Positions 47,252 to 54,903 of a stretch of DNA of 64,000 bases are shown piece by piece. The notes below the pieces were generated by a model. It did no database searches. It was not told the origin of the DNA and saw only the letters and a program-made list of their open reading frames with translations. This DNA comes from Dehalococcoidia bacterium (GTDB taxonomy: Bacteria > Chloroflexota > Dehalococcoidia > GIF9 > UBA5629), in contig PLME01000005.1 in the NCBI GenBank assembly GCA_003142375.1, positions 114,582 through 178,581 of the forward strand, in the 5' to 3' direction. Numbering within the stretch: the stretch's first letter is position 1; every line of letters begins with the position of its first letter. A program made the translations under genes and the position numbers.

Positions 47252-50200
47252 ATGCGGATTAAATTCCCGGCTATTATAAGAGTGATCGCCAGTATGCTGG
47301 CGGTTGCCGCATTTATCATCCCTGCTCACATGGCTTTACCTGCAGATGTATCCGCTGACCCGGGCATCATGAGGTGGGATACGGTCATTACCCCGGGGTA
47401 TATGGAGAATAAGTGGGATATCGACAATCTGCATGGCGTAGGCGCCAACACCGGCCAGGGAAGCGAGATCCTCGACATAGCTGCCGGCAAAGACGGCAAA
47501 ACTGTGGTCGCTATCGTCAGGATGTGGTTTCCGCAGACCGATGGTCAGGTAGCTTCCCCTTCCCCGACCGGATTATATAAAAACATTATACTTATATCTA
47601 CTAATGGTGGCATAACCTTTTCAGACTCTCAATATCGATTTCAATTCCCCACTCCTGCAACAGCTCCCAATTTCTTCCAGGTTGAGATTGCCTCTGATAA
47701 TCCCAGGGTTGTGGTGCTGACCTCCTCGACCTACGGAGGAACTGGCGGCCCCAAAATGGTCTGGGAAACAGGTTGGGTGAGAGGCGATAGTCCCTGGACC
47801 ACCATCTTTAATGGCACCGGCCTGGAAGCTAGTGAAACCATCAGATGTGTGGATGTCTCCGCCGATTACGGAGGCTTTCGCGATATAGCTTTTGGTACCG
47901 TCAACGGCACCAGCGGCGGACGCTGGGCCACCATATCGACCAGGCCATTTGGCTCCATCCAGGTTCAGCTCAATGCCAATGGCACACCGGCCGTCGCCTT
48001 CGGCAGCCCCCCATTGCCCACTACCTCCGGCATCGACTACCACGCCGTTAAATTTTCACCAACTTACAATGGCGATGGTTCCGTGGCTCTGGTTTATGCC
48101 GATACCAGTGCTACCTACTATAATGTGGCTTTTCGTGACCTCAACCAGAACACCACTTTGAGCTATGCTTTCGGCTCGACCGGCATTGAGGTTAAGGACC
48201 CTGCTTCCGCCCCGGGCAGCTCGCCGAGCTGGTCGCAGCTGAACAAGACGGATTTGGAACTCCCCTCCGACTTCTCGGGCCAGTCCTCCTCGTTGCGCAG
48301 GGCCTATATAAGTCTGGATGCAAGCGGCAGCAAGAGCCCTACTTCACAGGATGGAATTTACAGGATCGACGATTCGACAACTTATGTTTTGATGGATACA
48401 TCTGCGACACCCGATAAGGCCATATACAACATCGCCTATTATGGCACTTACGCCTCGGGCAAGCTGCTGGCCGGCGAGCGCATGGGCCAGCCATGTACCG
48501 CTACCGTCCCCACCTGGTTCACGGATTCCCCGACTACCTGTCCCATCCCCTGCTGGTACCCTGCCCTCAAGTCCACCACCGGCGCCGGCAACCAGGGAAC
48601 ATGCAGCACCGGCTCCAAGAACGGCGTCGGCGCGGCCGTAGTCCACTGGAATGGTGACGGCTCGCTGGGCCTGGTAGCCACCGGCTCACTTCCCGATAAT
48701 GTAGTCCCAGGCCTTACCGGTTTCACCACCGGCAAAGGAATTGAGATACCCGGCACTCCGTATGTTGTAGTAGGGGGGAAAGGCAATTGGTGGGAGCTTC
48801 AGTTAACAGACCCCAAGGATAATGATGAATCGGCCTTCGCCATCTCCCGCAATAACGGCGAGACCTGGAACCAGTTGGCCATAATCGATACCACCATCGA
48901 CTGGTTTAACGATGTGGCCGTCGCCCCAGATTGCTCCACCATTTACCTGGCCTCCGCCAATGAGAACGTAGGCATAGGCTGCAACGAGTTCGATAGCGTA
49001 TGGCGCGCCACCCTTAATCCCAACGTCGCAGCGCCTCTTCCCGTGATCCCGCCGCTGGGCACCTACTGGGAGCGCGTATTGGCCCGTACGACTTCAGGCA
49101 ACTGCCTCGTCCCGCAGTCTGAACTTCCTATCCTGCGCGTGGTAGAATCCTGCACCGACAAGAAAGACGGTGAGATCGTAGGCTGGGCCGCACAGAACGC
49201 CAAAGCCACAGCCGCAGCCAATTCCGGCGGCGTGATGGCCTGGTCGCCCGACTTCGGCGACTACTGGGCCACCGTCACCCCCAGGTATCCCGTGCAGGAC
49301 TTCGTTTTTGAAACCAGCACCACGATGTACGTAGTCAGCGCAGACGGCGTTGTCCAGAGGCTGCCCTACACCGGCACCTCCTGGTCCACCAACCTGCCCA
49401 ACTATGACACCGAGCTGCTCTTCGCTCACACCATCGCAGCCGTTCCTGATGGTAAGGTCCTGGTCGGCGGCGCCAAACATTCACCTTATCCCGGCGCATA
49501 CTCGCTTGACAAGGCCGTCACCCTCAACGTAATGGCCGATCCTATACCCAACCATGGCAACGAACACATGATCTTTGACGTCGACTTCGCCAACAACCAG
49601 TTCTTCTACATGGCCGATGATGCTGCTGCAGCAACCGGCCTGGGCACCGTCTACCGCAACACCGTACCGTCACTCGGCAGGTGGGTAGACAACGACATGA
49701 TGAGCGCTGCCAACGGCAACGGCTATGTCTTCGCCCTTGAACCGCAACTCTGGTGGTCGGCAACCGGCATCAATAATCCTCCTCACATCATCGGCCAGTA
49801 CGGTATCGTGCAGGCATTCACGGGCGATCCTCAGCCTGCTCTTTACGTGGCCCATGACAACCTGACCCTTTACAACAGCAACGGTTATGCAGACAGCGCA
49901 GTTTGCCGCACACTCAGACCTCGCGATGGCATGCCCAAACCGGGCATCGCATGGGCTTGTCTCGATGTGTTCGCACCGCTGACTCAGAAAGGCGTGCTGT
50001 TCACACTCGAGCCGACCTCGCTCAAAGCCTGCGGCTGCTGCTCCCTTGACACCAACACCACCCTTTACGCCATCGACAACGAGTCAGGTGGACGCTGGAA
50101 TGGGCACTGGAGTTTTGATGGCGTCAATTACTTTGATCCTAACGTCTACGGCAAACTGGGCTATACTCCGATAGTTAACCAGGGCATGCTCTGGGCATAC

Positions 50201-51052
50201 ACCGACTGCCTGGCCAAGAAAGGCCCGGCACTCAAGAGCCCGGCTGACCAGTTCTTAGTCGGCGCTGACCCGGTCACCGGCCGCAACTCACAGATCGACC
50301 TCTCATGGGAACAGCTCTGTCTGACAGTCTGGTATCAACTCCAGATAGCCAAAGATAAGGACTTTACCCTGAGGGTCAACCCCTCGGTCAACTGGGGCAA
50401 CGGCTCCACCGGCGTCATCTCCTCAGTGACAGGCTCGTTGCTGATGAAGATGGACTCCACCAACAACACCAGCCCGGCTGCCTGGATTCCTCCTGGATCA
50501 TTGCCTGAAGCAGGCGCGATCTACTACTGGAGGATTCGCTCGGCTAAATCCGCTACCAGCCAGATTGCCAACAGCCCGTGGTCCGAGGTTCGCAGCTTCA
50601 CCGTCAAAGCAGGCTTCCAGACCATTAGCCCCTACTATGGCGTACAGCTGCTCAGCCCGGCCAACAGCGGCATCGGCATAGCGACCAAACCGACCCAGTT
50701 CTCCTGGAGCCCCTGGCAAAATGCCACCAAGTACGAGTTCGACCTGGCTAAGGATTCCGAGTTCAAGCAGATGGTTACCACCGCCAATACCACTACCACA
50801 GCTTACCAATACCCGAATGCCCTGGACTACAATGCCGTCTATTTCTGGCGTGTAAAGGCCCTCGAGGTCAACGGCCAGAACATCCCGAGTGATTGGTCGG
50901 CCACCTTCAGCTTTACGACAGAAAAGGTCCCGGTCATACCTCCGCCCCCCACCGAGCCTGCTATTCCCCTTTGGGTCTGGGTCGTTATGGCGCTGGGTAG
51001 CATTCTCGCCGTCGCCGCTCTCTTCTTGATCATGAGAACCAGACGCATTTAA
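47252..51052 (+). CDS. Large cell-surface/S-layer-like protein (Asp-box/BNR-like region, FN3-like C-terminal domains, TM anchor)
   Basis: AGGAGG RBS, signal peptide, SxNGG/SRNNGETW Asp-box-like motifs, YYWRI/YFWRV FN3-like domains, PPPP linker plus TM plus RTRR tail; paralog at 54904. Confidence 0.75.
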   Translation: MRIKFPAIIRVIASMLAVAAFIIPAHMALPADVSADPGIMRWDTVITPGYMENKWDIDNLHGVGANTGQGSEILDIAAGKDGKTVVAIVRMWFPQTDGQVASPSPTGLYKNIILISTNGGITFSDSQYRFQFPTPATAPNFFQVEIASDNPRVVVLTSSTYGGTGGPKMVWETGWVRGDSPWTTIFNGTGLEASETIRCVDVSADYGGFRDIAFGTVNGTSGGRWATISTRPFGSIQVQLNANGTPAVAFGSPPLPTTSGIDYHAVKFSPTYNGDGSVALVYADTSATYYNVAFRDLNQNTTLSYAFGSTGIEVKDPASAPGSSPSWSQLNKTDLELPSDFSGQSSSLRRAYISLDASGSKSPTSQDGIYRIDDSTTYVLMDTSATPDKAIYNIAYYGTYASGKLLAGERMGQPCTATVPTWFTDSPTTCPIPCWYPALKSTTGAGNQGTCSTGSKNGVGAAVVHWNGDGSLGLVATGSLPDNVVPGLTGFTTGKGIEIPGTPYVVVGGKGNWWELQLTDPKDNDESAFAISRNNGETWNQLAIIDTTIDWFNDVAVAPDCSTIYLASANENVGIGCNEFDSVWRATLNPNVAAPLPVIPPLGTYWERVLARTTSGNCLVPQSELPILRVVESCTDKKDGEIVGWAAQNAKATAAANSGGVMAWSPDFGDYWATVTPRYPVQDFVFETSTTMYVVSADGVVQRLPYTGTSWSTNLPNYDTELLFAHTIAAVPDGKVLVGGAKHSPYPGAYSLDKAVTLNVMADPIPNHGNEHMIFDVDFANNQFFYMADDAAAATGLGTVYRNTVPSLGRWVDNDMMSAANGNGYVFALEPQLWWSATGINNPPHIIGQYGIVQAFTGDPQPALYVAHDNLTLYNSNGYADSAVCRTLRPRDGMPKPGIAWACLDVFAPLTQKGVLFTLEPTSLKACGCCSLDTNTTLYAIDNESGGRWNGHWSFDGVNYFDPNVYGKLGYTPIVNQGMLWAYTDCLAKKGPALKSPADQFLVGADPVTGRNSQIDLSWEQLCLTVWYQLQIAKDKDFTLRVNPSVNWGNGSTGVISSVTGSLLMKMDSTNNTSPAAWIPPGSLPEAGAIYYWRIRSAKSATSQIANSPWSEVRSFTVKAGFQTISPYYGVQLLSPANSGIGIATKPTQFSWSPWQNATKYEFDLAKDSEFKQMVTTANTTTTAYQYPNALDYNAVYFWRVKALEVNGQNIPSDWSATFSFTTEKVPVIPPPPTEPAIPLWVWVVMALGSILAVAALFLIMRTRRI

Positions 51053-51350
51053 TTTGTTTTGGATTAGGTTTTGTTTTAGGTTTGTTTTGAAACCGGTTCG
51101 TTATTGATTCTTTTTTAAATAGGCTTTGTATTGGGCTTATTTTAAAAACCGATTCGTTTTTGATTCGTTTTTGATTCGTTTTAAATAGGCGTCGTAGCTG
51201 ATTTGTGCTGAAATAGATTTGTTTTAGGTTTGTTTTGAAACTGGTTCGTTTTTGATTCGTTTTAAATAGGCGTCGTAGCTGATTTATGCTGAAATAGATT
51301 TGTTTTAGGTTTGTTTTTTAGATACAAGTCATAGCTGATTTGTTTCTCGA
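51053..51350. repeat. T-rich degenerate ~11-bp repeat tract containing an 81-bp-period duplication
   Basis: Units GATTCGTTTTT / GGTTTGTTTT; 73-bp copies at 51164-51236 and 51245-51317 with one mismatch. Confidence 0.8.
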
Positions 51351-51356
51351 AATAAA

Positions 51357-51385
51357 AAAGGGGCGGGCCTCAGGCCCGCCCCTTT
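51357..51385. terminator. Bidirectional intrinsic terminator
   Basis: AAAGGGGCGGGCC-TCA-GGCCCGCCCCTTT hairpin. Confidence 0.8.
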
Positions 51386-51612
51386 CTATATGTCCTGGTT
51401 ATAGTGAATTACCGTCATTTATACTATAGATCGAATGGAAGCGCCGTAGTCTTCCAATCTATAATTGAGAATATGTAGAAATCATGGCGGCAATGCGGCG
51501 ACAGGGATGTTACGGGAGGTCAAGTTAACTCTTGGTTGGGAACAATACTTATACAGGCTATTAAGTCATGGTAAAATGGCTGTATTTCGCATTGTTGATA
51601 CAGACAAGTATG

Positions 51613-51846
51613 CTAATGATACGCTTCGTCATATTGTTTCTTAGCTTTAGCAAGTTCAACTTGGGCATCAAACCATTCTTTGGCTAGTCTATCTGTTTCC
51701 TGTGTTTCAATGGTATCTATCGGTTGTACTGGTGACCCAATATATCGTCTAGCCTCCATCTCTTCATATTTCTTGATTATCACCTCCCATCTTCTATAGC
51801 ACTCGTAGAAATTATTAGTTGCATATTCTTTTGATAACTTCTCCAT
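51613..51846 (-). CDS. Hypothetical protein (77 aa)
   Basis: ORF with GGGAGG upstream; charged, helical composition; no recognised family. Confidence 0.5.
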   Translation of the reverse strand: MEKLSKEYATNNFYECYRRWEVIIKKYEEMEARRYIGSPVQPIDTIETQETDRLAKEWFDAQVELAKAKKQYDEAYH

Positions 51847-52152
51847 TATGCCCGAAGACCTCCCAAACGATGATTTTAATAATTATACCAGCCTAGTCAA
51901 TCGTTTTAATGAAGCATACGTGTGTCGAAGGAATGGATCAATGATATCAATTAATAGAAAGCACAGGTGCGCAGAGAGTGAAAAGCCAAAGATCAGCAGC
52001 TAACATTACCTTGGAAAAACACACTGTGAAACAGCCAGCAGGCACGATGACGCTGTTTAATTTATACTTTTGGAGCATAAATATTATCCTTTAGGGCCTT
52101 CAATACCCCGAGAATTAATGTGATACTGAATGAAATGGTAGGAGGTCTTTAT

Positions 52153-52317
52153 ATGGAGATAGAACACGCCGTGCACGTGAGCGAGTTACAAGCCATATTA
52201 GCTTGCGATCAGAGTGATGGATATCTTAAGAAATTGGCTAAAGACCGGCTTGAGTCAATTGAGCAGCAAGCCCAATCAGTAGCTAACCTAAAAAAGGTCC
52301 CTGCTCTGATAGCCTGA
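52153..52317 (+). CDS. Hypothetical small protein
   Basis: AGGAGG RBS before ATG at 52153 (MEIEHAV...). Confidence 0.5.
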   Translation: MEIEHAVHVSELQAILACDQSDGYLKKLAKDRLESIEQQAQSVANLKKVPALIA

Positions 52318-52471
52318 CTTATTTCATTTCGGTTAGAGGCCCGCAGCAGATATGCATAATTCTGCAGCCTGCCTATTTTATTTACCAAATATTACAACAA
52401 ATAGCTGTTATATTGCCCATGATACCACCCGACCAGGCAAAAGCTTATATCAGGCTCTTAGAGGGCGTTTT

Positions 52472-52492
52472 GCACTATCCTAGCACTATCCT
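52472..52492. repeat. Direct repeat GCACTATCCT x2 (11-bp period), candidate integrase arm-type site
   Basis: Located just inside the right att core. Confidence 0.45.
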
Positions 52493-52505
52493 TAGATATT
52501 GAAGA

Positions 52506-52525
52506 CGCTGAGCTACAGGCGCATG
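52506..52525. repeat. att core, right copy (orphan 5' fragment of tRNA-Arg)
   Basis: Exact 20-bp match to 22021-22040. Confidence 0.9.
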
Positions 52526-52535
52526 CAAACAAAAC

Positions 52536-52551
52536 TGGTCGGGGAGAGGGA
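52536..52551 (-). pseudogene. 3'-terminal fragment of a tRNA-Pro-like gene
   Basis: Minus strand TCCCTCTCCCCGACCA resembles the conserved tRNA-Pro acceptor end (CCGACCA). Confidence 0.5.
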
Positions 52552-52557
52552 AAAAGG

Positions 52558-52635
52558 TGGGGTGAGTGGAGGGATTCGAACCCTCGATATCCAGGGCCAC
52601 AACCTGGCGCCTTAGGCCTCTGGGCCACACTCACC
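52558..52635 (-). tRNA. tRNA-His (anticodon GTG), G-1 and CCA encoded
   Basis: GGTGAGTGTGGCCCAGAGGCCTAAGGCGCCAGGTTGTGGCCCTGGATATCGAGGGTTCGAATCCCTCCACTCACCCCA cloverleaf. Confidence 0.95.
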
Positions 52636-52728
52636 ATCCGATTACGGGTTGAAATTATACCACAGTTCCGCTCCCGTCCCTTACTACCGGCCCCTTATGC
52701 CTCTCCCTTATTTGCGATGAAAGATGGC

Positions 52729-53955
52729 CTACCTCACCAGCATATTGCCGCCCACGATAGAGAGGGCGTCGTTTGTCCCATCTTCTATAAGCCCTGCTCG
52801 GGCGTCACGGAATAATTTCTCTATGGGGAGCTCCTTGCTCAAGCCCAGCCCGCCGAAAATCTGCACGGCCTCGGTTGCTACCTTGTAAGCGGCGTTAGTG
52901 CAATAAACCTTGGTTGCGATGCCATGCTGCGGGGAAGGCGGGAATGTCTTGGTGTTATATACCATCACGCTACGGGAAAAAGCGCGGCAGGTCTCAACCG
53001 TGGAAAACATATCAAAGAGCCTGGCCTGAATCCAGGCGTGCTCACACAGCCTCCTGCCGCCCTGGACCCTGTCTTTGGTATATTGCACGGCCAGGTCGTA
53101 ACAGGCCTGCGCCAGGCCCGTGAAGAAGGCGCCCATGCCCATATTAGCGTGTGCCAGTGTAAACTCGCCGATAAGCTCATAGGCCGTCTGGTCCATGATC
53201 ATCTGGTCACCCGGACATACAACGTTATCGAAGAATATCTCGCCCTGCGGCAGCTCCCGCTGTCCCAGCTTGTCCAGTGGTTTGCCGCGGCTTACGCCCG
53301 GCTGATTGAGGTCAAGCATGCAGCTTCCTCCACCCGCCATGCCCATCTCCGGGACAAGGTTGACCGAGAGCATGATATTGGTGGCGACCGGCCCGTTGGA
53401 GACCCAGGCAGCTTTCTGGCCGTTGATTATCCAGTCCGAACCTTTTTTCACCGCTTTACACTGCTGCGTGATATTTTTATTATGATAAATATCGGTGCCC
53501 ATCATCAGGTTATCGGACCCGTGGTCGGGCTCGGTAGCTCCCCAGCAGCTCATTATGCTGGCGTCTTTGCAGTTAACGAAAGGGGTGTAAAACTTATCCA
53601 TTAATTTGGGGTTGCCCACCGTCTGGGCAACCGTGGCGCAGAAAAAGCTGACGCCAAGGGCGACGGCAAAGCCCACGCTTCCGTAGGCCAGCTCCTCCCA
53701 AAGGATATGAAGGGCCACCGGGTCCTGTGCCAGGCTGCCGGGATGTCCCAGCAGTGTGGCCGTATGATATCCGTTCTCATACATTTTGGCCATCGTCTGC
53801 CAGTAGAGGGAGCCCTTCTCAACTACCTTGTCGGGCGGCATCTTATCCAGCGCTAAAGCGGCCGGGCGCAGGATCTCAACTGCGAACTTATGCGCTTCAG
53901 CCTTAAGCTGGCGTTGCTGCTCAGTAAGGTTCACGTCTAAATCAAGATATGCCAT
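52729..53955 (-). CDS. Acyl-CoA dehydrogenase
   Basis: ATEPDHGSD, INGQKAWVSNG, DKLGQR, AVQIFGGLG, EKLFRDAR...EDGTN. Confidence 0.9.
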   Translation of the reverse strand: MAYLDLDVNLTEQQRQLKAEAHKFAVEILRPAALALDKMPPDKVVEKGSLYWQTMAKMYENGYHTATLLGHPGSLAQDPVALHILWEELAYGSVGFAVALGVSFFCATVAQTVGNPKLMDKFYTPFVNCKDASIMSCWGATEPDHGSDNLMMGTDIYHNKNITQQCKAVKKGSDWIINGQKAAWVSNGPVATNIMLSVNLVPEMGMAGGGSCMLDLNQPGVSRGKPLDKLGQRELPQGEIFFDNVVCPGDQMIMDQTAYELIGEFTLAHANMGMGAFFTGLAQACYDLAVQYTKDRVQGGRRLCEHAWIQARLFDMFSTVETCRAFSRSVMVYNTKTFPPSPQHGIATKVYCTNAAYKVATEAVQIFGGLGLSKELPIEKLFRDARAGLIEDGTNDALSIVGGNMLVR

Positions 53956-53976
53956 TTCAAGCTCCTTCAGTAGAAA

Positions 53977-54801
53977 TTATTTATTTACAGGGTATGGCAG
54001 CGGCAGAGTCTTCCATTGCGCAACAGGCTCACCTTTGTTCAGGCGTGAACGAAATGAGTCGGTTGTCTGAATGACGAATGGCTGAGTGTTATCCAGCCCC
54101 AGGTCCCTGAGGTTATCGGTCATCCTGTGTTTGGCCGGGCCTACCTTTATCTCGGCAGGCTTGTTCAAGTATGTTTTATATTTGACATCAACGTTCACCA
54201 CGGTTTTCAGAATCCAATCGTTCAAATTGGAATAAGTGACCAGGTCGAACCCGCGCGCCTTCATACTCCTTCCCTTTGAAAGGTCAGCTTTGACTGACAC
54301 TATAGGTTCCCCGGTAGCCGGGTCCAGGGCCCCGAACTCGAAGCCGGTTTCGCTGAATTTAAATGGGAGACTGGTGACGAACTTGGGATAGCCCCATATT
54401 TCGCGGCCTCCGGCACGCGCAATATCGGTAGTTACGGGAAGCTCCAGCACATAAGCGCTGATGCCTCCGCTTATCAGGGGAATGCCGAAAATCGTCATCA
54501 GACGCCACGTCTTATTTTTGGAGGATTGCGGCTGTGCCGTGATAGCCAGTCCCAGCTCCTCATAGGATGAAACACTGGTCCGGCGGTAATTGTAGAAGAC
54601 CAAGCTCACGATGGTTTTACCGTTTGAGAACCTGATAGGCTCCAACCCTGTACCCTCCAGCTTGGGCAGGGCCTTTTCATAATCCACCCAAAAATTTAGC
54701 TGTCGTACAGAGACGTCGAAGTATAGGATGGGCAATTCAAGTTCGCCTTGCGAGGTATTGGCGATCGTTTTGGGGACATCGAAGAAATCTTTACCGGCCA
54801 T
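53977..54801 (-). CDS. Acetoacetate decarboxylase (ADC)-like family protein
   Basis: YEELG, YVLELPVT, GGREIWGYPK. Confidence 0.8.
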   Translation of the reverse strand: MAGKDFFDVPKTIANTSQGELELPILYFDVSVRQLNFWVDYEKALPKLEGTGLEPIRFSNGKTIVSLVFYNYRRTSVSSYEELGLAITAQPQSSKNKTWRLMTIFGIPLISGGISAYVLELPVTTDIARAGGREIWGYPKFVTSLPFKFSETGFEFGALDPATGEPIVSVKADLSKGRSMKARGFDLVTYSNLNDWILKTVVNVDVKYKTYLNKPAEIKVGPAKHRMTDNLRDLGLDNTQPFVIQTTDSFRSRLNKGEPVAQWKTLPLPYPVNK

Positions 54802-54903
54802 GGCCTCTTCCTCCCATAATTGCGAATATTTTTCAACAGTTTATCAGGCAAAACGGTTTAAGGAAAGAGTGTGTATTGACTGGAGGGTTTACCAGTCTGC
54901 CCT

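Larger units (their letters stand above)
22021..52525. mobile_element. Genomic island (~30.5 kb) integrated at the 5' end of tRNA-Arg; integrase decayed
   Basis: 20-bp direct repeat CGCTGAGCTACAGGCGCATG at 22021-22040 and 52506-52525; integrase C-terminal remnant next to the left repeat; lower-GC cargo. Confidence 0.85.

Noticed and set aside
51053-51350. Possible CRISPR array
   Set aside because: No constant 25-40 bp repeat with unique spacers; units are degenerate, low-complexity and contiguous; no cas genes
22021-52525. Prophage or active ICE
   Set aside because: No capsid, terminase, relaxase, T4SS or intact integrase genes
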